Shown piece by piece: positions 28,201 to 43,000 of a stretch of 64,000 nucleotides of DNA (within the stretch, counting starts at the first letter, position 1; the number at the start of each line of letters is the position of its first letter). Origin of the DNA: Nemertoderma westbladi (Eukaryota > Animalia > Xenacoelomorpha); NCBI GenBank assembly GCA_032718475.1, contig JAUCBJ010006506.1:1-64000 (forward strand), written 5' to 3'. Below the pieces are notes generated by a model. It was not told the DNA's origin, did not search any database, and saw only the letters and a program-made list of their open reading frames with translations. Made by a program: the position numbers and the translations under genes.

Positions 28201-31200
28201 ATAGGTACCAATGGATAGAGAGAGGTCAAACAATAGTTCGTATTAACCTAAAAAATAAATAGGTACCAATGGATAGAGAGAGGTCAAACAATAGTTCGTA
28301 TTAACCTAAAAAATAAATAGGTAACAATTGAGGGAGAGGTCAAACAATAGTTCGTATTAACATAAAAAATAAATAGGTACCAATGGATAGAGAGAGGTCA
28401 AACAATAGTCCGTATTAACATAAAAAATAAATAGGTACCAATGGATAGAGAGAGGTCAAACAATAGTTCGTATTAACCTAAAAAATAAATAGGTACCAAT
28501 GGATAGAGAGAGGTCAAACAATAGTTCGTATTAACATAAAAAATAAATAGGTACCAATGGATAGAGAGAGGTCAAACAATAGTTCGTATTAACCTAAAAA
28601 ATAAATAGGTACCAATGGATAGAGAGAGGTCAAACAATAGTTCGTATTAACCTAAAAAATAAATAGGTACCAATGGATAGAGAGAGGTCAAACAATAGTT
28701 CGTATTAACCTAAAAAATAAATAGGTACCAATGGATAGAGAGAGGTCAAACAATAGTTCGTATTAACATAAAAAATAAATAGGTACCAATGGATAGAGAG
28801 AGGTCAAACAATAGTTCGTATTAACATAAAAAATAAATAGGTACCAATGGATAGAGAGAGGTCAAACAATAGTTCGTATTAACCTAAAAAATAAATAGGT
28901 ACCAATGGATAGAGAGATCAAACAATAGTTCGTATTAACATAAAAAATAAATAGGTACCAATGGATAGAGAGAGGTCAAACAATAGTTCGCATTAACATA
29001 AAAAATAAATAGGTACCAATGGATAGAGAGGTCAAACAATAGTTCGTATTAACATAAAAAATAAATAGGTACCAATGGATAGAGAGATCAAACAATAGTT
29101 CGTATTAACCTAAAAAATAAATAGGTACCAATGGATAGAGAGAGAGGTCAAACAATAGTTCGTATTAACATAAAAAATAAATAGGTACCAATGGATAGAG
29201 AGAGATCAAACAATAGTTCGTATTAACATAAAAAATAAATAGGTACCAATGGATAGAGAGATCAAACAATAAATAGGTACCAATGGATAGAGAGATCAAA
29301 CAATAGTTCGTATTAACATAAAAAATAAATAGGTAACAATGGATAGAGAGAGATCAAACAATAGTTCGTATTAACATAAAAAATAAATAGGTACCAATGG
29401 ATAGAGAGAGGTCAAACAATAGTTCGTATTAACATAAAAAATAAATAGGTACCAATGGATAGAGAGAGGTCAAACAATAGTTCGTATTAACCTAAAAAAT
29501 AAATAGGTACCAATGGATAGAGAGATCAAACAATAGTTCGTATTAACATAAAAAATAAATAGGTACCAATGGATAGAGAGAGGTCAAACAATAGTTCGTA
29601 TTAACATAAAAAATAAATAGGTACCAATGGATAGAGAGAGGTCAAACAATAGTTCGCATTAACATAAAAAATAAATAGGTACCAATGGATAGAGAGATCA
29701 AACAATAGTTCGTATTAACATAAAAAATAAATAGGTACCAATGGATAGAGAGAGGTCAAACAATAGTTCGTATTAACATAAAAAATAAATAGGTACCAAT
29801 GGATAGAGAGAGGTCAAACAATAGTTCGTATTAACATAAAAAATAAATAGGTACCAATGGATAGAGAGATCAAACAATAGTTCGTATTAACATAAAAAAT
29901 AAATAGGTACCAATGGATAGAGAGAGGTCAAACAATAGTTCGTATTAACATAAAAAATAAATAGGTACCAATGGATAGAGAGAGGTCAAACAATAGTTCG
30001 TATTAACATAAAAAATAAATAGGTACCAATGGATAGAGAGATCAAACAATAAATAGGTACCAATGGATAGAGAGATCAAACAATAGTTCGTATTAACATA
30101 AAAAATAAATAGGTACCAAAGGATAGAGAGAGGTCAAACAATAGTTCGTATTAACATAAAAAATAAATAGGTACCAATGGATAGAGAGAGGTCAAACAAT
30201 AGTTCGTATTAACATAAAAAATAAATAGGTACCAATGGATAGAGAGAGGTCAAACAATAGTTCGTATTAACATAAAAAATAAATAGGTACCAATGGATAG
30301 ATAGAGGTCAAACAATAGTTCGTATTAACATAAAAAATAAATAGGTACCAATGGATAGAGAGATCAAACAATAGTTCGCATTAACCTAAAAATTAAATAG
30401 GTACCAATGGATAGAGAGAGGTCAAACAATAGTTCGTATTAACATAAAAAATAAATAGGTACCAATGGATAGAGAGATCAAACAATAGTTCGTATTAACA
30501 TAAAAAATAAATAGGTACCAATGGATAGAGAGATCAAACAATAGTTCGTATTAACATAAAAAATAAATAGGTACCAATGGATAGAGAGAGGTCAAACAAT
30601 AGTTCGTATTAACATAAAAAATAAATAGGTACCAATGGATAGAGAGAGGTCAAACAATAGTTCGCATTAACCTAAAAATTAAATAGGTACCAATGGATAG
30701 AGAGAGGTCAAACAATAGTTCGTATTAACATAAAAAATAAATAGGTACCAATGGATAGAGAGAGGTCAAACAATAGTTCGCATTAACATAAAAAATAAAT
30801 AGGTACCAATGGATAGAGAGAGGTCAAACAATAGTTCGCATTAACATAAAAAATAAATAGGTACCAATGGATAGAGAGAGGTCAAACAATAGTTCGTATT
30901 AACATAAAAAATAAATAGGTACCAATGGATAGAGAGAGGTCAAACAATAGTTCGTATTAACATAAAAAATAAATAGGTACCAATGGATAGAGAGAGGTCA
31001 AACAATAGTTCGTATTAACATAAAAAATAAATAGGTACCAATGGATAGAGGTCAAACAATAGTTCGTATTAACATAAAAAATAAATAGGTACCAATGGAT
31101 AGAGAGATCAAAAAATAATTAGGTACCAATGGATAGAGAGATCAAACAATAGTTCGTATTAACATAAAAAATAAATAGGTACCAATGGATAGAGAGATCA

Positions 31201-34200
31201 AACAATAGTTCGTATTAACATAAAAAATAAATAGGTACCAATGGATAGAGAGATCAAACAATAGTTCGTATTAACATAAAAAATAAATAGGTACCAATGG
31301 ATAGAGAGAGGTCAAACAATAGTTCGTATTAACATAAAAAATAAATAGGTACCAATGGATAGAGAGATCAAACAATAGTTCGTATTAACATAAAAAATAA
31401 ATAGGTACCAATGGATAGAGAGATCAAACAATAGTTCGTATTAACATAAAAAATAAATAGGTACCAATGGATAGAGAGAGGTCAAACAATAGTTCGTATT
31501 AACATAAAAAATAAATAGGTACCAATGGATAGAGAGATCAAACAATAGTTCGTATTAACATAAAAAATAAATAGGTACCAATGGATAGAGAGATCAAACA
31601 ATAGTTCGTATTAACATAAAAAATAAATAGGTACCAATGGATAGAGAGATCAAACAATAGTTCGTATTAACATAAAAAATAAATAGGTACCAATGGATAG
31701 AGAGAGGTCAAACAATAGTTCGTATTAACATAAAAAATAAATAGGTACCAATGGATAGAGAGATCAAACAATAGTTCGTATTAACATAAAAAATAAATAG
31801 GTACCAATGGATAGACAGATCAAACAATAGTTCGTATTAACATAAAAAATAAATAGGTACCAATGGATAGAGAGATCAAACAATAGTTCGTATTAACATA
31901 AAAAATAAATAGGTACCAATGGATAGAGAGATCAAACAATAGTTCGTATTAACATAAAAAATAAATAGGTACCAATGGATAGAGAGAGGTCAAACAATAG
32001 TTCGCATTAACCTAAAAAATAAATAGGTACCAATGGATAGAGAGATCAAACAATAGTTCGTATTAACATAAAAAATAAATAGGTACCAATGGATAGAGAG
32101 ATCAAACAATAGTTCGTATTAACATAAAAAATAAATAGGTACCAATGGATAGAGAGAGGTCAAACAATAGTTCGCATTAACCTAAAAAATAAATAGGTAC
32201 CAATGGATAGAGAGAGGTCAAACAATAGTTCGCATTAACCTAAAAAATAAATAGGTACCAATGGATAGAGAGAGGTCAAAAAATAGTTCGCATTAACATA
32301 AAAAATAAATAGGTACCAATGGATAGAGAGAGGTCAAACAATAGTTCGCATTAACATAAAAAATAAATAGGTACCAATGGATAGAGAGATCAAACAATAA
32401 ATATGTACCAATGGATAGAGAGAGGTCAAACAATAGTTCGTATTAACATAAAAAATAAATAGGTACCAATGGATAGAGAGATCAAACAATAAATAGGTAC
32501 CAATGGATAGAGAGATCAAACAATAGTTCGCATTAACATAAAAAATAAATAGGTACCAATGGATAGAGAGAGGTCAAACAATAGTTCGCATTAACCTAAA
32601 AAATAAATAGGTACCAATGGATAGAGAGAGGTCAAACAATAGTTCGTATTAACATAAAAAATAAATAGGTACCAATGGATAGAGAGAGGTCAAACAATAG
32701 TTCGTATTAACATAAAAAATAAATAGGTACCAATGGATAGAGAGAGGTCAAACAATAGTTCGCATTAAACTAAAAAATAAATAGGTACCAATGGATAGAG
32801 AGAGGTCAAACAATAGTTCGTATTAACATAAAAAATAAATAGGTACCAATGGATAGAGAGATCAAACAATAGTTCGTATTAACATAAAAAATAAATAGGT
32901 ACCAATGGATAGAGAGATCAAACAATAGTTCGCATTAACATAAAAAATAAATAGGTACCAATGGATAGAGAGAGGTCAAACAATAGTTCGCGTTAACATA
33001 AAAAATAAATAGGTACCAATGGATAGAGAGAGGTCAAACAATAGTTCGCATTAACATAAAAAATAAAATAAATAGGTACCAATGGATAGAGAGAGGTCAA
33101 ACAATAGTTCGTATTAACATAAAAAATAAATAGGTACCAATGGATAGAGAGAGGTCAAACAATAGTTCGCATTAACATAAAAAATAAATAGGTACCAATG
33201 GATAGAGAGAGATCAAACAATAGTTCGTATTAACATAAAAAATAAATAGGTACCAATGGATAGAGAGATCAAACAATAGTTCGTATTAACATAAAAAATA
33301 AATAGGTACCAATGGATAGAGAGAGGTCAAACAATAGTTCGCATTAACCTAAAAAATAAATAGGTACCAATGGATAGAGAGAGGTCAAACAATAGTTCGC
33401 ATTAACCTAAAAAATAAATAGGTACCAATGGATAGAGAGAGGTCAAACAATAGTTCGCATTAACATAAAAAATAAATAGGTACCAATGGATAGAGAGAGG
33501 TCAAACAATAGTTCGCATTAACATAAAAAATAAATAGGTACCAATGGATAGAGAGAGGTCAAACAATAGTTCGCATTAACATAAAAAATAAATAGGTACC
33601 AATGGATAGAGAGGTCAAACAATAGTTCGTATTAACATAAAAAATAAATAGGTACCAATGGATAGAGAGAGATCAAACAATAGTTCGTATTAACATAAAA
33701 AATAAATAGGTACCAATGGATAGAGAGGTCAAACAATAGTTCGCATTAACATAAAAAATAAATAGGTACCAATGGATAGAGAGAGATCAAACAATAGTTC
33801 GTATTAACATAAAAAATAAATAGGTACCAATGGATAGAGAGATCAAACAATAGTTCGCATTAACATAAAAAATAAATAGGTACCAATGGATAGAGAGAGA
33901 TCAAACAATAGTTCGTATTAACATAAAAAATAAATAGGTACCAATGGATAGAGAGAGGTCAAACAATAGTTCGTATTAACATAAAAAATAAATAGGTACC
34001 AATGGATAGAGAGGTCAAACAATAGTTCGCATTAACATAAAAAATAAATAGGTACCAATGGATAGAGAGAGGTCAAACAATAGTTCGCATTAACATAAAA
34101 AATAAATAGGTACCAATGGATAGAGAGAGATCAAACAATAGTTCGTATTAACATAAAAAATAAATAGGTACCAATGGATAGAGAGAGGTCAAACAATAGT

Positions 34201-34980
34201 TCGCATTAACATAAAAAATAAATAGGTACCAATGGATAGAGAGAGATCAAACAATAGTTCGTATTAACATAAAAAATAAATAGGTACCAATGGATAGAGA
34301 GATCAAACAATAGTTCGCATTAACATAAAAAATAAATAGGTACCAATGGATAGAGAGAGATCAAACAATAGTTCGTATTAACATAAAAAATAAATAGGTA
34401 CCAATGGATAGAGAGAGGTCAAACAATAGTTCGTATTAACATAAAAAATAAATAGGTACCAATGGATAGAGAGATCAAAAAATAAATAGGTACCAATGGA
34501 TAGAGAGATCAAACAATAGTTCGCATTAACATAAAAAATAAATAGGTACCAATGGATAGAGAGAGATCAAACAATAGTTCGTATTAACATAAAAAATAAA
34601 TAGGTACCAATGGATAGAGAGATCAAAAAATAAATAGGTACCAATGGATAGAGAGAGATCAAACAATAGTTCGTATTAACATAAAAAATAAATAGGTACC
34701 AATGGATAGAGAGAGATCAAACAATAGTTCGTATTAACATAAAAAATAAATAGGTACCAATGGATAGAGAGATCAAACAATAGTTCGCATTAACATAAAA
34801 AATAAATAGGTACCAATGGATAGAGAGAGATCAAACAATAGTTCGTATTAACATAAAAAATAAATAGGTACCAATGGATAGAGAGAGGTCAAACAATAGT
34901 TCGTATTAACATAAAAAATAAATAGGTACCAATGGATAGAGAGATCAAAAAATAAATAGGTACCAATGGATAGAGAGATC
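19300..34980. repeat. Dispersed ~2.7-kb duplicated block: ~19.3-22.0 kb matches ~32.3-35.0 kb
   Basis: Track ORFs 19371..19556 and 32334..32519 differ by one residue (offset 12,963). Further along, the offset is 12,969, explained by a 5-bp AAATA insertion near 33061 and a unit 1 bp shorter near 20243. Confidence 0.8.
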
Positions 34981-37900
34981 AAAAAATAAATAGGTACCAA
35001 TGGATAGAGAGATCAAAAAATAAATAGGTACCAATGGATAGAGAGAGGTCAAACAATAGTTCGTATTAACATAAAAAATAAATAGGTACCAATGGATAGA
35101 GAGATCAAAAAATAAATAGGTACCAATGGATAGAGAGATCAAAAAATAAATAGGTACCAATGGATAGAGAGGTCAAACAATAGTTCGTATTAACATAAAA
35201 AATAAATAGGTACCAATGGATAGAGAGAGGTCAAACAATAGTTCGTATTAACATAAAAAATAAATAGGTACCAATGGATAGAGAGAGGTCAAACAATAGT
35301 TCGTATTAACATAAAAAATAAATAGGTACCAATGGATAGAGAGATCAAAAAATAAATAGGTACCAATGGATAGAGAGAGATCAAACAATAGTTCGTATTA
35401 ACATAAAAAATAAATAGGTACCAATGGATAGAGAGAGGTCAAACAATAGTTCGTATTAACATAAAAAATAAATAGGTACCAATGGATAGAGAGATCAAAA
35501 AATAAATAGGTACCAATGGATAGAGAGAGGTCAAACAATAGTTCGTATTAACATAAAAAATAAATAGGTACCAATGGATAGAGAGAGGTCAAACAATAGT
35601 TCGCATTAACATAAAAAATAAATAGGTACCAATGGATAGAGAGAGGTCAAACAATAGTTCGTATTAACATAAAAAATAAATAGGTACCAATGGATAGAGA
35701 GAGGTCAAACAATAGTTCGTATTAACATAAAAAATAAATAGGTACCAATGGATAGAGAGAGGTCAAACAATAGTTCGTATTAACATAAAAAATAAATAGG
35801 TACCAATGGATAGAGAGATCAAAAAATAAATAGGTACCAATGGATAGAGAGAGGTCAAACAATAGTTCGTATTAACATAAAAAATAAATAGGTACCAATG
35901 GATAGAGAGAGGTCAAACAATAGTTCGCATTAACATAAAAAATAAATAGGTACCAATGGATAGAGAGAGGTCAAACAATAGTTCGCATTAACATAAAAAA
36001 TAAATAGGTACCAATGGATAGAGAGAGGTCAAACAATAGTTCGTATTAACATAAAAAATAAATAGGTACCAATGGATAGAGAGAGGTCAAACAATAGTTC
36101 GCATTAACATAAAAAATAAATAGGTACCAATGGATAGAGAGAGGTCAAACAATAGTTCGTATTAACATAAAAAATAAATAGGTACCAATGGATAGAGAGA
36201 GGTCAAACAATAGTTCGTATTAACATAAAAAATAAATAGGTACCAATGGATAGAGAGAGGTCAAACAATAGTTCGTATTAACATAAAAAATAAATAGGTA
36301 CCAATGGATAGAGAGATCAAAAAATAAATAGGTACCAATGGATAGAGAGAGGTCAAACAATAGTTCGTATTAACATAAAAAATAAATAGGTACCAATGGA
36401 TAGAGAGAGGTCAAACAATAGTTCGCATTAACATAAAAAATAAATAGGTACCAATGGATATAGAGAGGTCAAACAATAGTTCGTATTAACATAAAAAATA
36501 AATAGGTACCAATGGATAGAGAGAGGTCAAACAATAGTTCGCATTAACATAAAAAATAAATAGGTACCAATGGATAGAGAGATCAAACAATAGTTCGCAT
36601 TAACATAAAAAATAAATAGGTACCAATGGATAGAGAGAGGTCAAACAATAGTTCGCATTAACATAAAAAATAAATAGGTACCAATGGATAGAGAGATCAA
36701 ACAATAGTTCGCATTAACATAAAAAATAAATAGGTACCAATGGATAGAGAGAGGTCAAACAATAGTTCGTATTAACCTAAAAAATAAATAGGTACCAATG
36801 GATAGAGAGAGGTCAAACAATAGTTCGCATTAACATAAAAAATAAATAGGTACCAATGGATAGAGAGAGATCAAACAATAGTTCGTATTAACATAAAAAA
36901 TAAATAGGTACCAATGGATAGAGAGATCAAACAATAGTTCGCATTAACATAAAAAATAAATAGGTACCAATGGATAGAGAGAGGTCAAACAATAGTTCGT
37001 ATTAACATAAAAAATAAATAGGTACCAATGGATAGAGAGAGGTCAAACAATAGTTCGCATTAACATAAAAAATAAATAGGTACCAATGGATAGAGAGAGG
37101 TCAAACAATAGTTCGCATTAACCTAAAAAATAAATAGGTACCAATGGATAGAGAGAGGTCAAACAATAGTTCGCATTAACATAAAAAATAAATAGGTACC
37201 AATGGATAGAGAGAGGTCAAACAATAGTTCGCATTAACCTAAAAAATAAATAGGTACCAATGGATAGAGAGATCAAAAAATAAATAGGTACCAATGGATA
37301 GAGAGATCAAACAATAGTTCGTATTAACATAAAAAATAAATAGGTACCAATGGATAGAGAGAGGTCAAACAATAGTTCGTATTAACATAAAAAATAAATA
37401 GGTACCAATGGATAGAGAGAGGTCAAACAATAGTTCGTATTAACATAAAAAATAAATAGGTACCAATGGATAGAGAGAGGTCAAACAATAGTTCGTATTA
37501 ACATAAAAAATAAATAGGTACCAATGGATAGAGAGAGGTCAAACAATAGTTCGCATTAACATAAAAAATAAATAGGTACCAATGGATAGAGAGATCAAAC
37601 AATAGTTCGCATTAACATAAAAAATAAATAGGTACCAATGGATAGAGAGAGGTCAAACAATAGTTCGTATTAACATAAAAAATAAATAGGTACCAATGGA
37701 TAGAGAGAGGTCAAACAATAGTTCGTATTAACATAAAAAATAAATAGGTACCAATGGATAGAGAGAGGTCAAACAATAGTTCGCATTAACCTAAAAAATA
37801 AATAGGTACCAATGGATAGAGAGAGGTCAAACAATAGTTCGCATTAACATAAAAAATAAATAGGTACCAATGGATAGAGAGAGGTCAAACAATAGTTCGC

Positions 37901-40900
37901 ATTAACCTAAAAAATAAATAGGTACCAATGGATAGAGAGAGGTCAAACAATAGTTCGTATTAACATAAAAAATAAATAGGTACCAATGGATAGAGAGAGG
38001 TCAAACAATAGTTCGTATTAACATAAAAAATAAATAGGTACCAATGGATAGAGAGAGGTCAAACAATAGTTCGCATTAACCTAAAAAATAAATAGGTACC
38101 AATGGATAGAGAGAGGTCAAACAATAGTTCGCATTAACATAAAAAATAAATAGGTACCAATGGATAGAGAGAGGTCAAACAATAGTTCGCATTAACCTAA
38201 AAAATAAATAGGTACCAATGGATAGAGAGAGGTCAAACAATAGTTCGCATTAACATAAAAAATAAATAGGTACCAATGGATAGAGAGAGGTCAAACAATA
38301 GTTCGCATTAACATAAAAAATAAATAGGTACCAATGGATAGAGAGATCAAACAATAGTTCGCATTAACATAAAAAATAAATAGGTACCAATGGATAGAGA
38401 GAGGTCAAACAATAGTTCGTATTAACATAAAAAATAAATAGGTACCAATGGATAGAGAGAGATCAAACAATAGTTCGTATTAACATAAAAAATAAATAGG
38501 TACCAATGGATAGAGAGATCAAACAATAGTTCGCATTAACATAAAAAATAAATAGGTACCAATGGATAGAGAGAGATCAAACAATAGTTCGTATTAACAT
38601 AAAAAATAAATAGGTACCAATGGATAGAGAGAGGTCAAACAATAGTTCGTATTAACATAAAAAATAAATAGGTACCAATGGATAGAGAGGTCAAACAATA
38701 GTTCGCATTAACATAAAAAATAAATAGGTACCAATGGATAGAGAGAGGTCAAACAATAGTTCGCATTAACATAAAAAATAAATAGGTACCAATGGATAGA
38801 GAGAGATCAAACAATAGTTCGTATTAACATAAAAAATAAATAGGTACCAATGGATAGAGAGAGGTCAAACAATAGTTCGCATTAACATAAAAAATAAATA
38901 GGTACCAATGGATAGAGAGAGATCAAACAATAGTTCGTATTAACATAAAAAATAAATAGGTACCAATGGATAGAGAGATCAAACAATAGTTCGCATTAAC
39001 ATAAAAAATAAATAGGTACCAATGGATAGAGAGAGATCAAACAATAGTTCGTATTAACATAAAAAATAAATAGGTACCAATGGATAGAGAGAGGTCAAAC
39101 AATAGTTCGTATTAACATAAAAAATAAATAGGTACCAATGGATAGAGAGATCAAAAAATAAATAGGTACCAATGGATAGAGAGATCAAACAATAGTTCGC
39201 ATTAACATAAAAAATAAATAGGTACCAATGGATAGAGAGAGATCAAACAATAGTTCGTATTAACATAAAAAATAAATAGGTACCAATGGATAGAGAGATC
39301 AAAAAATAAATAGGTACCAATGGATAGAGAGAGATCAAACAATAGTTCGTATTAACATAAAAAATAAATAGGTACCAATGGATAGAGAGAGATCAAACAA
39401 TAGTTCGTATTAACATAAAAAATAAATAGGTACCAATGGATAGAGAGAGGTCAAACAATAGTTCGTATTAACATAAAAAATAAATAGGTACCAATGGATA
39501 GAGAGATCAAAAAATAAATAGGTACCAATGGATAGAGAGATCAAAAAATAAATAGGTACCAATGGATAGAGAGAGGTCAAACAATAGTTCGTATTAACAT
39601 AAAAAATAAATAGGTACCAATGGATAGAGAGATCAAAAAATAAATAGGTACCAATGGATAGAGAGATCAAAAAATAAATAGGTACCAATGGATAGAGAGG
39701 TCAAACAATAGTTCGTATTAACATAAAAAATAAATAGGTACCAATGGATAGAGAGAGGTCAAACAATAGTTCGTATTAACATAAAAAATAAACAGGTACC
39801 AATGGATAGAGAGAGGTCAAACAATAGTTCGTATTAACATAAAAAATAAATAGGTACCAATGGATAGAGAGATCAAAAAATAAATAGGTACCAATGGATA
39901 GAGAGAGATCAAACAATAGTTCGTATTAACATAAAAAATAAATAGGTACCAATGGATAGAGAGAGGTCAAACAATAGTTCGTATTAACATAAAAAATAAA
40001 TAGGTACCAATGGATAGAGAGATCAAAAAATAAATAGGTACCAATGGATAGAGAGAGGTCAAACAATAGTTCGTATTAACATAAAAAATAAATAGGTACC
40101 AATGGATAGAGAGAGGTCAAACAATAGTTCGCATTAACATAAAAAATAAATAGGTACCAATGGATAGAGAGAGGTCAAACAATAGTTCGTATTAACATAA
40201 AAAATAAATAGGTACCAATGGATAGAGAGAGGTCAAACAATAGTTCGTATTAACATAAAAAATAAATAGGTACCAATGGATAGAGAGAGGTCAAACAATA
40301 GTTCGTATTAACATAAAAAATAAATAGGTACCAATGGATAGAGAGATCAAAAAATAAATAGGTACCAATGGATAGAGAGAGGTCAAACAATAGTTCGTAT
40401 TAACATAAAAAATAAATAGGTACCAATGGATAGAGAGAGGTCAAACAATAGTTCGCATTAACATAAAAAATAAATAGGTACCAATGGATAGAGAGAGGTC
40501 AAACAATAGTTCGCATTAACATAAAAAATAAATAGGTACCAATGGATAGAGAGAGGTCAAACAATAGTTCGTATTAACATAAAAAATAAATAGGTACCAA
40601 TGGATAGAGAGAGGTCAAACAATAGTTCGCATTAACATAAAAAATAAATAGGTACCAATGGATAGAGAGAGGTCAAACAATAGTTCGTATTAACATAAAA
40701 AATAAATAGGTACCAATGGATAGAGAGAGGTCAAACAATAGTTCGTATTAACATAAAAAATAAATAGGTACCAATGGATAGAGAGAGGTCAAACAATAGT
40801 TCGTATTAACATAAAAAATAAATAGGTACCAATGGATAGAGAGATCAAAAAATAAATAGGTACCAATGGATAGAGAGAGGTCAAACAATAGTTCGTATTA

Positions 40901-43000
40901 ACATAAAAAATAAATAGGTACCAATGGATAGAGAGAGGTCAAACAATAGTTCGCATTAACATAAAAAATAAATAGGTACCAATGGATATAGAGAGGTCAA
41001 ACAATAGTTCGTATTAACATAAAAAATAAATAGGTACCAATGGATAGAGAGAGGTCAAACAATAGTTCGCATTAACATAAAAAATAAATAGGTACCAATG
41101 GATAGAGAGATCAAACAATAGTTCGCATTAACATAAAAAATAAATAGGTACCAATGGATAGAGAGAGGTCAAACAATAGTTCGCATTAACATAAAAAATA
41201 AATAGGTACCAATGGATAGAGAGATCAAACAATAGTTCGCATTAACATAAAAAATAAATAGGTACCAATGGATAGAGAGAGGTCAAACAATAGTTCGTAT
41301 TAACCTAAAAAATAAATAGGTACCAATGGATAGAGAGAGGTCAAACAATAGTTCGCATTAACATAAAAAATAAATAGGTACCAATGGATAGAGAGAGATC
41401 AAACAATAGTTCGTATTAACATAAAAAATAAATAGGTACCAATGGATAGAGAGATCAAACAATAGTTCGCATTAACATAAAAAATAAATAGGTACCAATG
41501 GATAGAGAGATCAAAAAATAAATAGGTACCAATGGATAGAGAGATCAAAAAATAAATAGGTACCAATGGATAGAGAGATCAAACAATAGTTCGCATTAAC
41601 ATAAAAAATAAATAGGTACCAATGGATAGAGAGAGGTCAAACAATAGTTCGTATTAACATAAAAAATAAATAGGTACCAATGGATAGAGAGAGGTCAAAC
41701 AATAGTTCGCATTAACATAAAAAATAAATAGGTACCAATGGATAGAGAGAGGTCAAACAATAGTTCGCATTAACCTAAAAAATAAATAGGTACCAATGGA
41801 TAGAGAGAGGTCAAACAATAGTTCGCATTAACATAAAAAATAAATAGGTACCAATGGATAGAGAGAGGTCAAACAATAGTTCGCATTAACCTAAAAAATA
41901 AATAGGTACCAATGGATAGAGAGATCAAAAAATAAATAGGTACCAATGGATAGAGAGATCAAACAATAGTTCGTATTAACATAAAAAATAAATAGGTACC
42001 AATGGATAGAGAGAGGTCAAACAATAGTTCGTATTAACATAAAAAATAAATAGGTACCAATGGATAGAGAGAGGTCAAACAATAGTTCGTATTAACATAA
42101 AAAATAAATAGGTACCAATGGATAGAGAGAGGTCAAACAATAGTTCGTATTAACATAAAAAATAAATAGGTACCAATGGATAGAGAGAGGTCAAACAATA
42201 GTTCGCATTAACATAAAAAATAAATAGGTACCAATGGATAGAGAGATCAAACAATAGTTCGCATTAACATAAAAAATAAATAGGTACCAATGGATAGAGA
42301 GAGGTCAAACAATAGTTCGTATTAACATAAAAAATAAATAGGTACCAATGGATAGAGAGAGGTCAAACAATAGTTCGTATTAACATAAAAAATAAATAGG
42401 TACCAATGGATAGAGAGAGGTCAAACAATAGTTCGCATTAACCTAAAAAATAAATAGGTACCAATGGATAGAGAGAGGTCAAACAATAGTTCGCATTAAC
42501 ATAAAAAATAAATAGGTACCAATGGATAGAGAGAGGTCAAACAATAGTTCGCATTAACCTAAAAAATAAATAGGTACCAATGGATAGAGAGAGGTCAAAC
42601 AATAGTTCGTATTAACATAAAAAATAAATAGGTACCAATGGATAGAGAGAGGTCAAACAATAGTTCGTATTAACATAAAAAATAAATAGGTACCAATGGA
42701 TAGAGAGAGGTCAAACAATAGTTCGCATTAACCTAAAAAATAAATAGGTACCAATGGATAGAGAGAGGTCAAACAATAGTTCGCATTAACATAAAAAATA
42801 AATAGGTACCAATGGATAGAGAGAGGTCAAACAATAGTTCGCATTAACCTAAAAAATAAATAGGTACCAATGGATAGAGAGAGGTCAAACAATAGTTCGC
42901 ATTAACATAAAAAATAAATAGGTACCAATGGATAGAGAGAGGTCAAACAATAGTTCGCATTAACATAAAAAATAAATAGGTACCAATGGATAGAGAGATC
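33800..43000. repeat. Approximately 4.5-kb tandem duplication within the satellite (boundaries approximate)
   Basis: The private variant GGATATAGAG occurs at 36461 and 40989, and track ORFs start at 35160 and 39688, both at offset 4,528. The order of unit types matches apart from a few unit-level indels. Confidence 0.8.
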